NCBI RefSeq assembly: GCF_037042905.1
Contig: NC_087246.1
Span: 16,554,001-16,618,000 of the forward strand
From: Lytechinus pictus
Taxonomy: Eukaryota
Direction: 5' to 3'
DNA: 64,000 nt
Within the stretch, counting starts at the first letter, position 1. Each line of letters opens with the position of its first letter. Below the pieces are notes generated by a model, which saw nothing but the letters and a program-made list of their open reading frames with translations, made no database searches and had not been told where the DNA came from. Both the position numbers and the translations under genes were made by a program. Below, one piece after another: positions 26,301 through 38,556 of the stretch.

Positions 26301-27095
26301 TTGTAGCATATTCAAGAAAAAATGTTACGGAAGTTAATGCGTTACGGAAGTTAATGTCTTTATGCTTTATGGTCCAACGTGGTCCTTATTTAGCAGTCAT
26401 ACCTTTGAAAATTGTATTTATTATGAAAGGTGTCTCTTATCCTATAAGATACTGAATCCTTAACAGAACTGCCAAAGTGCATATTTTCTTAAGGTGCGTT
26501 ACGGATGTTAAAGCTGTTTAGTCATACATTTTATTTTTTAAGAATAGTCCTTTATTTCCGTGTAATACAGGAAACACATATGATAATTCCCTATCAATTA
26601 TTTATTAATGAATATCACTCTACTTGTTGACACATTATCATATAATATCATTCAGTTTGAATGGGAAAAAAAACTTGTGGCAGTATTCGTTACGGAGGTT
26701 AAAATGAATTTGGGACAAAGTTAAAAGTGAAATTAATCACAAAGGGATCATCAAATACTAGGATAAGCGCAATATGTCAGACGTTTACACCAAGCTGCCC
26801 TAACCAGACATTAATGTAGGTAAGAAATACAGACTACTTAGGAAAGAGAATGATAGTAAAATCTAAAACTGACCCGAGACAGCGTCGATTCTAACAAAAA
26901 GCAAAAATAAAAGGCTTTTGTAATAAAATTAGAGCTTTATTAGTCACTGGTCGTATATGCTTTGTGGAGCTAGTCTATTATTGTAATTTTCTTGATAATA
27001 TTTTTGTAGAAAATGTTCAGGGTTGTGAAGCTAGCGGCCATAAGATAGTCGAGACACGTTTTTTGTGAATTGTAACATTTTTTTGAGAATGACCC
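23343..27095. mobile_element. 3.75-kb non-autonomous DNA transposon, Sola2-like (GGG termini, 4-bp TSD)
   Basis: About 28-bp TIR GGGTCATTCTCARAAAAATGYTACAATT; TSD TGCA; about nine internal GTTACGGA(A/G/T)GTTA motifs; internal tandem duplication of about 395 bp. Confidence 0.8.
23822..24573 (+). repeat. Tandem duplication, period about 395 bp
   Basis: agatcctaagcaatgcatgaccaat...aaagtttctggca starts at 23822 and again at about 24217. Confidence 0.9.
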
Positions 27096-27152
27096 TGCAG
27101 GCAAGCACTGGTCATGTTTGCTGTTGATTTCGTTACGTAAGAAACCTATTTT

Positions 27153-27202
27153 GTTATAAGCTATAGCTTCAAGCTACTCGAGAGACCACAATGTACACCA
27201 AT
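27153..27202 (+). promoter_or_regulatory. LC8 promoter module A-distal (tandem GTTAYAAGCTA-like repeat + CCAAT)
   Basis: GTTATAAGCTA-ta-GCTTCAAGCTA, then 21 nt, then CCAAT at 27198. Confidence 0.7.
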
Positions 27203-27338
27203 AGAAATCAATTACACAGATATACCGGGCAGATATATTGATCGACATCGGACCTTTACACCGGTGTGCTTTGCATTCTTCTGATCCACTTGACCAGTTT
27301 GCAAAGGATGGACTTCGCCCGCCGTTTTCTTTTATTTT

Positions 27339-27421
27339 GTTATAAGCCCTGGTTACAAGCTACGGAATGGTTTGCCTCGTAAGCCAATAAGAAATGACGG
27401 ACATCTTGGTTGCTAGGTGAG
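27339..27421 (+). promoter_or_regulatory. LC8 promoter module A-proximal + X-box-like site
   Basis: GTTATAAGCCC-tg-GTTACAAGCTA, 21 nt, CCAAT at 27384, GTTGCTAGGTGAG at 27409. TATAAG near 27445 and putative donor GTAGGA at 27533 follow. Confidence 0.75.
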
Positions 27422-28107
27422 CGAGTGTGAGGAACCCCACATCAGTATAAGAAGGACCGGTTGGTAAAAAACAAATTCATTGTGGACATTGGACCTCTGC
27501 CCACCTCTCCTCATACTATTTGATATAATAAGGTAGGATGAAATAATGATTCTCTAAAATTAATTACTTTTGGTTTTATGTCTTGCAGGTTACAAGTTCG
27601 TCTATTGTAAACAAGAAAGATTCATGTCTATCAATTTTGGCCATAAATCTGCCAAGTCACATATTATACTTGCAGAAATATATAACATTGACCTTAATTA
27701 TTATTTCTTTTTGCATTTAGAACGATATTTTAAGAAGGCATGGTGTATTTTTTTTTTTTTTTTTTTTGCTTTGGCCCCTTTCTCTTGCGAGGAGATCTGT
27801 AGTCCTATTTTCAAATTCATCAAAGGACTGTCAGCCTATATTTGTAATTTTAATTGTGAAATTGAATCATTCAAGATCATAATTATCAATACCATGTATT
27901 TTCATAACTTTTACACCGCAGTCCATTTTGATATAATGTGTTGAGATGTGACCAGGCTTCGCCTCTCTTATGTTTTCTCATTATTAATGTCCCTTTAAAA
28001 TAATCATGGATCCTATGCTTTATTTTTGTTTTGTTTAAACACAGGTGAAAATTCAGATTTAATCAATATTTGTGATTATTTTATCTTACAGACACAAATC
28101 TGCCATC

Positions 28108-28377
28108 ATGTCTGAACGCAAGGCCGTCATCAAGAATGCTGATATGTCAGAAGACATGCAGCAAGACGCTATCGACTGCGCCAACCAGGCCATGGAGAAG
28201 TTCAACCTCGAGAAGGACATCGCTGCCCACATCAAGAAGGAGTTCGACAAGAAGTACAACCCGACATGGCATTGCATCGTCGGCCGCAACTTCGGCAGCT
28301 ACGTGACACACGAGACCAAGCACTTCATCTACTTCTATCTGGGACAAATCGCCGTGCTTCTCTTCAAGTCTGGATAA
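28108..28377 (+). CDS. DYNLL: Dynein light chain LC8-type, paralog A (89 aa, His41)
   Basis: [19 protein letters not shown]...[36 protein letters not shown]. The true start is the ATG at 28108, after acceptor ttacag at 28091; the ORF-track extension from 28072 begins inside the intron. Confidence 0.98.
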   Translation: MSERKAVIKNADMSEDMQQDAIDCANQAMEKFNLEKDIAAHIKKEFDKKYNPTWHCIVGRNFGSYVTHETKHFIYFYLGQIAVLLFKSG

Positions 28378-29169
28378 ACTCATTAACTACTTGCTATAAC
28401 GAACAAACTGATCGATTCATCTTTCATTGATCCAGGTTGTTTTTTAACCGACCTTAACATCTGCAGAGCACCTTTTACATAACAAATGGTGACCGGATCG
28501 GCAGCTCGCAAGAATCATCAGCGACGACCTCGATGTCGCAAGACACTTGTTTCGAACCTCAGTTCGATGGCGGAGCTTCCAATCTATTATCCATCTTTCT
28601 GGCACGGTTGTCAACGCTGACCACCTTCGGGGATGACGGCGCACTCCAGTGAAAGCCATGACCATGATGACGATAAACGCACTCAGATGACGACGACGAT
28701 TTCGACATCGACGACAGGCAAACGAACAGAACCCACCTGAATGTTGGTGCTTAGCGCTACACTGGAAAGAGCAGAGATGTTCACGGTCATGATGGTGAAT
28801 TACCGATCGAAGATGAACTATGTTTTATTTTCAAATAATAATTATTTTATGTCAACCGATCTTAAATGACAAACTTTTTGGCTGACCGAACAATATCGTC
28901 AATATTGTCCGAAAATTCACACAATTGGTTCAATCAGTATTCTTGATCTTATCATATGATGACTTCTATGCAATAGAGTTTTTTTATTTAAAAAATATTC
29001 TGTATATAATATTAAACGAACACAGAAACGGAAATCTTGTGGCGTTATATAGCATGTTTAATGTGTGCAGGATTTTGGAGTCTGATTATACTGTTATAGA
29101 CCTACTTTTCAAACAAGATATCGCTGGAGTAGCTAAATGCGAAAAATATTGGAAAGTATGATCTGATTC

Positions 29170-29790
29170 ATCGAGAGATTGGGAGTGAGGGGGGGGGGGG
29201 GCGGAAATAAATCAAAGAGAGGGGGGTAACGTGATGGAAGGAGAGAGACGAGGAGTCGGGGAAGGACACTAAAGAAATTAAAGCCAGGAAGAATCACGTG
29301 ATGGAGAACTAGGAGAATGGGGTGTGTGTGTAAAAAAAGAGATATGGAGTGAGGGAATGACGGAAATAAATTTAGAGGGAAAATAAAGTGATGGAGAGTA
29401 AGATTGGGAGTGAGGGAGGGTACAGAAATTGAAGAGGGAGAATAAAATGATGGAGAGGGTGCGAGAGAGGGGACAACTGGACATAAAGAAATTAAAGAGG
29501 GAGAATAAAGTGATGAGGAGGGGTGTGGGAATTAATTAGGGCATAAAGATATTAAAGAAGGAGAATAACTCGATGGAGGAGGTGTGTGTGACAGAGATCG
29601 GGAGTGAGGGAAGAGCATTAAAAACTCAAAGAGAGGGAATAACGTGATGGAGATAGAGAAAAAATGATAGAGAGATGAGGAGTCGGTGAAGGACAGGGAG
29701 AATAACTTACTGATGGATAAGAGAGTGATTGGGAGTGAGGGAATGACAAAAACAAATCAAAGTGGAAGAATAACGCGATGGAAAGAGAAG
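29170..29790. repeat. Degenerate purine-rich tandem repeat
   Basis: Recurrent gagattgggagtgaggga / aaagagggagaataa(cg)tgatgga blocks. Confidence 0.75.
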
Positions 29791-30643
29791 GAAGGAGGGG
29801 GGTCAGAGAGGGGTGAGAAAATGATAAATTGATGGGTGAGAAAGAAATGATAAAGTACAGGAAAATGAGAGAAGAGCCCGGGGCATCAACAACAGCCTAT
29901 ACAAGTTACAACAAGGAAGAATTAATAGGTCTTTGGGAGAAAATGAGGATCTGCAAAGTGGTCATTGGTTGCTAGTAGGTCCTTGGTTGATAAAATAAAC
30001 AGAGAGGAAGGGGGTAAATTTACCATTAGCTAGCACAACAACTCCATTGAAAATTGGTATAATATTAGATAAAAGCGACGATTTTTTTTTAGCAATGTAA
30101 AATGGAATGGTTGTGATATTCATATTTAGCATAAATTACTAATTAACGATAGTATTTCTATAAATAAATAAACAAATGAAAATTGAAATAAATAAAACAA
30201 CACCTCAAAAACGAACAACCACGACAAAGTATTAGATAACTAGTCTGTCTCCAATTATAGTAACGATATTGATAGTTTTGATTCCTTAAAAATTTAGCTA
30301 TCGAAAACTATTATTGTTTATAGTGTGTACCTTGTTTGATATCACGCAGAAATATTCTCATTCGAATTAGGGGTGAGCGACATGGTGAATTCTAAGGGAC
30401 ATTTTTTTAGAATCAATGATAAGATAGTCGAATCATACCCTCTTTTCTTTTTTCTTTTTTTCTTTATGGTATCTCCATTCCAGGCAGGACAGCTTTTTGG
30501 CTGATATAACGCCAAGCTGATATTAGTCTAGATTCTAGACGTCAGTGTACTTGTTATTTCTCTCCCCTTGCTTCATTCTCCCCTGCGCACCATCCGCCAG
30601 TGATCTCGCTATCCCCTCTTTCAATTCACGCCCCTCACCAGAT

Positions 30644-33600
30644 CCCGGGGGGGGGGGGGCACTCGACCAAAAAAGTGGTAGGGGTGTGCCGCGGGCGAGA
30701 CAAAAAACGGGGGCCTTGGAGCGGGCTTATTGTAAAAAGGAGGGTCCTCGGAACGGGCTTCGGAACTACAAATGTTTGTGAAAACGGGGGTCCTTGGAAC
30801 GGGTCGCCTGCGTGTGCATCCCAATGGAACGAGCATACGTGCATGCAGCTAGCACGGCGCACAGGCGCCGGCTGCGCCAGCGCAGAGACGATGGTCGGAC
30901 AGCGCTCTCCGGCCGCTTTTCACCAAAATTGCGGCTCATCGTAGCAGATCAATGCGACCGGAACGGCGTAGCGGAAAATATGCGACGCTTTGGAGCGGGT
31001 ATCTTTCTTCTTTTTTCTCGATAAGAAGAAAATGCTATGCCTTGGAGCGGCTTTCTTTGTTCTTTTTCTCAATAAGACAAAAATGCTATGCCTTGGAACG
31101 GAAATTTGAGTGTAAAAATGGGGGTCCCCTCCGCGGCACATACCCACTATGCATTATATACTGAGTGCCCCCCCCCCTCGCCGGGCGCGAAATTATTTTT
31201 CCCACCGAGTTCTGGACCAACATATGAATATTCATGACTTGCGTCTTCGGATTAAGAGTACGCATGCGCGTGGACTCTGCCTCGACCAGTGCTGGTCGTA
31301 AGCATTCACGTTCAGTTGCTCAGAATGAATATTAGCATCATCAAATTACCGGTACTCTTACATAGTTACATATGCCTTATATATATCCAATTCTTAAACA
31401 CTTTTCAAACTAGCTGCCATTAATGGCAAGACATGTGCTAGGCTAGGGCTCGCTTAGGCTAGCGCATTAACTTTACCTCAAATCTGGACCTGTCTAATGC
31501 CTAGTACTAATCAGTGTTGTAGTGCCTTGGCCTTGAACATTCAAGCCTTGGCCTTGGCCTTGAGGATTTTGAGCCTTGAAATTTCAAGGCATTTTCAAGG
31601 CATTTTGTATTATGTACTTTCATTTGTTTTATAAGTAATTATAAATGTTTCAGTTGTTTTTTTTTTTATATTTAATGACACTAATGGTCAATACTACCAG
31701 TCACCAGTAACATCAGCAGCAGCAGTAGTATGTGTACTAGCAGTGTCATCAATTGTAATTGTCACCATTATCAAGAATTTTCAAACAAAGAATACATCAG
31801 TTATGAAAAATAGCATTATGTATTGGTAATGTGTTGTAATCATGACTAATGATGTTAATGACAGTAAATAATAATGATCAAGATCAAGATAATAGTGCTT
31901 TGATGACAAGAATAAATTTGACATCTGACTGCAATTTTGACAACAATATTCATACTTTAAACATAGCTAACTCTAACACACGATAACAAGGTTGATTTCT
32001 ATTCCATTAGGATTTTCCTTGTATTATTTTCTTTGGCCAACAAGAATGAAAAGATTTGGTAAACTTGAACACAGTCTTCAATTTTGTCATATCCAAATGG
32101 GTTATGTCAATGGCATGATGAGCCAGAAACTTTGAGGGGCCAAGTATGGCATATAGAGCAAAATTTCTGTCAAAAAAAAGAAGAAAGCGATTGAAGCGAG
32201 CGAGTGAACAAAATTTGTCCCCCTCTTTCTATAGGAAAAGCTAATTTTGCGATAGATTGTTTAAAAAATAATATCACATTTACTCTATCTTTTCATTTCC
32301 CTTCCCCCTTATCTAAGTGTATTCTTGGTGGTGGAACTTCTTCTTCTCTCTATCTCTTTTCTAAATTGTATATTTGTTTTGGGTCAGATTGACAAAACAA
32401 AGGGGGAAAATGTTTACTTCTTTTTAATCATATATCGTTCAACAGTGAATTTCATTTCTCTACAGTTTCAAGGAAATAAACAACGTATTTGTTTTTGTGT
32501 CAATATGGTTTCAAGAAATAATGATTAATAAAAAAAAAGTAATTGAATAATTAATTATTATTAATATTATCAACAAGTATTAATAATTAATGATTGATTA
32601 ACTGTTTAAAGAAATAATTAAGATTTACCCTCTCCCAACTAAGGGTATGGGGTGCGCCCTGTTTACTTTATTTTGTTAGTATTCTTTATTCTGTTTTTTT
32701 AAGGTAAAATAAATGTAGAAGATACAAGAAATGAGAATTGAAATTTAAAAGTGGTTGTAAGCAGAAAAAAAAAGAAAGCTGACAAGAGTCCTAAAAATGA
32801 CTCATTTTCAGTTTAAGCATTTAAAAATTTTAACTTGCATTTTGTGCTCTCTAGCCCCCCCCCAAAAAAAAAAAAAAAATCCCTGTAGGATTTTTATTTC
32901 CAAATGAAATATGCCCTTTTAAAAAAAGAAATATACCTTCTTTAATAATAAAACATAATACATTTTAGGTTCGAAAATCACAGATTTTGAATCGTGCTTG
33001 CATCAATTATTGTTTAGTACAGTACTAATCCTGCTCATGGTTACAAAAATGTATAGAATGTTGCTTAATGGTTGGAATATCACAAATTTTTGGCTGGCTT
33101 CCTGCACTCGCATCAATTATTGTACTCGTTCTCTTCCCGTTCACAAAAAAATGCTTAGCGTGTCCAGTTTTCAGGTTGGAATATCACAAATTTTTGAGCT
33201 CGCGCTTTGCGCTCACACTTTTTATAAGGCTTATGAGATTATTTCATGTTTATGTTGTTTTATAAGAATAAAACTAAGAAGTGACTGATCGGGGAAAACA
33301 TAGGTGAAATAATTTCGGGCCCCGTCCCCTATTGGCGAAAGTCCGATCCGCCCTCGTGACACATACACACACACCGGAAAAAATGGCCGGTGGCCCCCCC
33401 CCCCCGAAAAAGCAAGGACCCCCCAGTGCCCCCCCCCCATAAAAAAATCCTAGCTACGCCACTGCATTGCATGCACGTATTATAACGTCAGGCACAAACT
33501 AACGTCAGTGATCTTGATCCCCGTCTCCCCCCCCCCCCAAATTAAGGATTTCTTAGCTGAAAAAAAATTGACAAGCAAGAAAAAAAGATCTTCACGTTCA

Positions 33601-35964
33601 AAAGAGGGGACATAAGTCTTTTTTTTGTTGCATTTTGACATTACAAATTATTGATTTGGCTTCTCAAAGGGGGGAGGGCACGTCCCCTGGATCAGTTGTA
33701 AATTGTCAGGGGGCATGCAGTCTGCGCCCCCCCCCCCCTTGGTACACTAGTTGTTCCATGCTGATACAGCGTAGATCAGAGTCTAGATCTAGAGACTAGA
33801 CTAGAACTAAGATATTTTTTAGATCTAGGACTGTATACGGACTAGAAATATTAAACCATGTTAAATAAAATCAAACGTAAAGTTCGGAATTTGGTTCGAA
33901 GTTTTAAACCATGGCATTAGTCGGCTATTACTATTAGTATTAGGCATTAGACAGGTCCAGATTTGAGGTAAAGTTAATGCGTTAGCCTACGCTAGCCCTA
34001 GCCTAGCACGGTTACACTTCGTAATTCCGAAGGTTCGTAATTCCGAAGGTTCGTAATTCCGAAACACGAAAATTGCCTTTACCTCGATGTTCGTTAATCC
34101 GAAAACGTAAAAGGGTTCGTTAATCCGAACATTTGTGGCGTTATTCCGAAGGTTCGTTATTCCGAAGGTTCGATAATCCGAAAACGAAATAAGGTTCGAT
34201 GTACCGAAGGTTCGTTAATCCAAAAACGAAATAAGGTTCGTTGTTCCGAAGGTTCGTTAATCCGAAAACGAAATAAGGTTCGTTGTTCCGAAGGTTTGTT
34301 AGTCCGAAAACGAAATAAGGTTCGTTAATCATTTCGTTTTCGGACTAACAAACCTTCGGAATTACGAATCTCATTTCGTTTTCGGATTAACGAACCTTCG
34401 GAATTACGAACCTCATTTCTTTTTCGGACTAACTAACCTTCGGAATTACGAACCTTCGGAAATACGAACCTTCGGAATAACGAACCTTCGGAATATCCGA
34501 ACCTTCGGAATAACGAAGCTTCGGAATTACGAATGTATGCGGCCTAGGACATGTCTTGCCATCATTAATACTTGTTAATAATATTAATAATAATTAATTA
34601 TTCAATTACTATTTTTTTATTAATCATTATTTCTTGAAACCATATTGACATAAAAACAAATACGTTGTTTATTTCCTTGAAACTGTAGAGAAATGAAATT
34701 CACTGTTGAACGATATATGATTAAAAAGAAGTAAACATTTTCCCCCTTTGTTTTGTCAATCTGACCCAAAACAAATATACAATTTAGAAAAGAGATAGAG
34801 AGAAGAAGAAGTTCCACCACCAAGAATACACTTAGATAAGGGGGGAAGGGAAAGGAAAAGATGGAGTAAATGTGATATTATTTTTTAAACAATCTATCGC
34901 AAAATTAGCTTTTCCTATAGAAAGAGGGGGACAAATTTTGTTCACTCGCTCGCTTCAATCGATTTCTTCTTTTTTTTTGACAGAAATTTTGCTCTATATG
35001 CCATGCTTGGCCCCTCAAAGTTTCTGGCTCATCATGCCATTGACATAACCCATTTGGATATGACAAAATTGAAGACTGTGTTCAAGTTTACCAAATCTTT
35101 TCAGAATATCATGAAGACTTAAAACATTCTTGTTGGCCAAAGAAAATAATACAAGGAAAATCCTAATGGAATAGAAATCAACCTTGTTATCGTGCTTTAG
35201 AGTTAGCTATGTTTAAAGTACGAAAATTGTTGTCAAAATTGCAGTCAGATGTCAAATTTATTCTTGTCATCAAAGCACTATTATCTTGATCTTGATCATT
35301 ATTATTTACTGTCATTATCATCATTAGTCATGATTAAAACACATTACCAATACATAATGCTAATTTTCATAACTGATGTATTCTTTGTTTGAAAATTCTT
35401 GATAATGGTGACAATTACAATCGATGACACTGCTAGTACACTTACTACTGCTGCTGCTGCTAATGTTACTGGTGACTGGTAGTATTGACCATTATAGTGT
35501 CATTAAATATAAAAAAAACAACTGAAACATTTATAATTACTTATAAAACAAATGAAAGTACATAATACAAAATGCCTTGAAAATGCCTTGAAATTTCAAG
35601 GCTCAAAATCCTCAAGGCCAAGGCCAAGGCTTGAATGTTCAAGGCCAAGGCACTACAACACTGATTAGTACTAGGCATTAGACAGGTCCAGATTTGAGGT
35701 AAAGTTAATGCGCTAGCTTAAGCGAGCCCTAGCCTAGCACATGTCTTGCCATTAATGGCAGCTAGTTTGAAAAGTGTTTAAGAATTGGATATATCTAAGG
35801 CATGTAAGAGTACCGGTAATTTGACGATGCTAATATTCATTCTGAGCAACTGAACGTGAATGCTTACGACCACGCGCATGCGTACTCTTAATCCGAAGAC
35901 GCAAGTCATGAATATTCATATGTTGGTCCAGAACTCGGTGGGAAAAATAATTTCGCCCCCCGGG
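30644..35964. mobile_element. Composite CCCGGG-terminal element: 0.54-kb MITE + 4.8-kb foldback
   Basis: 8-bp TSD CACCAGAT (30636-30643 and 35965-35972) flanks the whole unit; inverted arms at 31187-32594 and 34561-35956. Confidence 0.88.
34009..34541. mobile_element. Palindromic foldback MITE built of TTCCGAAGGTTCGTAA-type tandem units
   Basis: Units invert at about 34330; TSD GCCTAGCA/GCCTAGGA (one mismatch). Confidence 0.85.
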
Positions 35965-36277
35965 CACCAGATGAGGGTAGGAAATCGTGGGGCTGTTTCA
36001 TTTCGGGCGTAGAGGTCGAGGATTGTGTTATTGATCAACCCCTTATATACTGAAAAGCAGAACAGTCCTGGCAAAGGACTAAGCTGATATAACCAATCAC
36101 ACAGGGAACATTGACAGACATAATCTTGTTATTGGACTTTCATTGATATTTGCTACACCTATATAAAAAAAAATAAAAGGGTAGTTAACATGACAGATTG
36201 ACAGTACCAACATGACCAATATTTGGTTAAAAGAAAAAGATATATAAAAACATTGTCATTTTTTACATGGATAGGGA

Positions 36278-36698
36278 CCGGGGGGGGGGGGCTACTTAGT
36301 ATAAATGTATGATAAATAAAGTGCCGCGGTCGAGACCCCCATTTTCAACAGAAATTTCCGTTCCAGAGCATCACAAAATGCCATGGAAATTTCGAGTTTT
36401 TTTTCCGTTCCGGAGACCCTCAAATTTGTCCTTGTTCCAGTTCCGCCCATCATGAACTGCAGCTCAATCGGTCGGCGCCGAATGGCCCGCTTCGCAGACA
36501 TGGCAGAGACCCCCCCCCTCCCATTTTCTGATGGTCATTTCCAAAGCATTGTTTTTTTAGCAACCGATGGTCCCAGAGCCGGTCCGGAGACCACCATTGT
36601 CAGACAAAGTATTAGTTTCAAAGCCCCCTATTTTCGACTTTGGTTTGATACATAGGTATCATGTTATAATTCGATTAGTCCCCCCCCCCCTCCCCGGG
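36278..36698. mobile_element. CCGGG-terminal MITE
   Basis: Terminal G/C tracts; TSD GATAGGGA/GGTAGGGA; GTGCCGCGG..GACCCCCATTTT shared with the 30644/58407 family. Confidence 0.75.
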
Positions 36699-38045
36699 GG
36701 TAGGGACTTTTTAAACCAAAAAGTTCATATCAGCGTTAAAAGTTCATAATAATTAACATAACAGGCTGGTAACATAATCTGAAAGCATAATGGAAAATAA
36801 AAGAATGAATACATAACAAAATATCTTTAAACTATATGAACATTTTCGGAAAGCTAAGTGATTCTTAATTTTTTTTCATGAAGTGGGGAATATTTTACAT
36901 GGTATTTTTTTTTTAATTCATTGTAACCGTGATTACATAAGTTAGGGGTTGCAAAACTTCAAACGCTTGGTCGGGCGGACTCTCTCAAAGAATAAAAGAC
37001 AATCAAACAAAATTATAACTACAAAACTTTTACCTTTGAGTGCTTGTTATAAGGCACTGCTACAATACATTCAAGCATAACCAATTATAATGCGATGCTA
37101 AATGTTTTCGCTTTGATGCTTGAGAAAGCCTCCAAATCCAAACTAAATACAAAGATCACTTTCATTCTTTTTTTAACGAAAGGGGCTTAAGTCACAAGTA
37201 AATGCGAAAGAAAAGCACCTTAAATGTAAGGGTTGAAAACTTATTGATGATATCATTACACTTTCAAATCACAAATAGCTTGCCATCCAAAAGCCACTCT
37301 TCTCTTTTCCCTATCAAATTTGTCGCATTTTAGCCTGTACTATATGCCTATAGCATGTTAGCAGAAAATTCGCTATAATTTGTTTTTTTTAATCAATAAA
37401 TAGGCCTATCCAATTTCATTACTGATGGGTATATTCGCGGGTATTTCGTTAAGCATATTTTTTCTATCATGTTTATGTATTTATTGTGATTTATGTATAC
37501 AATTTTGCATTTTTTTCGAAGGATTATTATCATTCAACAACTCTTTCAAAAACTCAGTTATCACACAAAGTGTGATAACTGAGCGGATAAAACCATAAAC
37601 TTAGAAATTGATAATTCTTCAAAAAAAAACGTTCGGGAAGGAAAATGACAAAAAAAAATAACTAGACTGCAATTTACAGTACTGAAACTTCACTGCACTG
37701 ACTGCACTCCTTGAGAGGGCCATGCAAATAATTTTACCACAGCGGGTAAATTCATTGTGTTCACATTCTGTTTATCATTTTGATTTTTATGATGTTATCA
37801 CATTAAAGCAACCATGAACTGCAACCTCAGAGCACCATGCACATCAACTTCCTCAACTACTCACATCTGGCTTGCATTATGAAACATTCTGAGCTGTGTA
37901 TAGTCTTGTGACATAATTGGCCCACTTGAATGATAACATACTAATTCACCACCCATATACATTCATACCACACTAATTATGTTACTAGCAAAACAGGTTC
38001 TTTGTTCTCCATAACATTTTAGTTTCTCTGTACGAATTTTTAAAG

Positions 38046-38556
38046 CTATTTATTCTTTATTCAAAATGTGAAGTTACCTCCTTATTCCATTTTCCTTATT
38101 AAAACCACCCTCTCCTTATTCAAAATGCGCTTTTCCTTATTCAAAATACAGTCTTTTCCATATTCAAAATATATTTTCCTTATTATTTACTTTTCCTTAT
38201 TAAAAATACATTTTCCTTATTCAAAATGCACTTTTCCTTATTCAAAATGCACTTTTCCTTATTCAAAATACACTTTTCCTTATTCACTATGCACTTTTCC
38301 TTATTCAAAATGTATTTTCCTTATCCAAAATACGCTTTCCTTATTCAAAATACACTTTTCCTTATTCAAAATGCACTTTACCTTATTCAAAATACACTTT
38401 TCCTCATTCAAAATGCACTTTTCCTTGTTCAAAATACACTTTTTCTTATTCAAAATACACTTTTCCTCATTCAAAATACATTTTGAAAAAGGAAAAGTCC
38501 GTTTTGAATAAGGAAAGAGTGGTTTGAATAAGGATTAAGGAAAAAAGAATAAGTAT
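38046..38556. repeat. 21-bp minisatellite (CTTTTCCTTATTCAAAATRCA) with an inverted terminal copy, foldback-like
   Basis: Tandem 21-mers over about 38100-38480; 38488-38556 is the reverse complement of the left end. Confidence 0.85.

Noticed and set aside
28072-28107. 12-aa N-terminal extension of LC8-A in the ORF track
   Set aside because: It starts at a GTG inside the intron, upstream of the acceptor at 28091; the paralogs start at the equivalent of 28108.
17298-28108. Functional link between the adjacent MIF and LC8 arrays
   Set aside because: Only adjacency supports it; I found no LC8-type module upstream of the MIF genes.
30545-31164. Cluster of overlapping ORFs, repeated at 58309-59087
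   Set aside because: They arise from the GC-rich MITE interior; no transposase motifs, and frames break between copies.
34020-34530. CRISPR-like appearance of short repeats
   Set aside because: No unique spacers; units are tandem and inverted; eukaryotic context.
32325-34823. Near-identical 67-aa ORFs on opposite strands
   Set aside because: A by-product of the inverted arms of the foldback.
38068-38511. 147-aa repetitive ORF (FPYSKCT / HFSLFKI)
   Set aside because: Translation of a 21-bp minisatellite.
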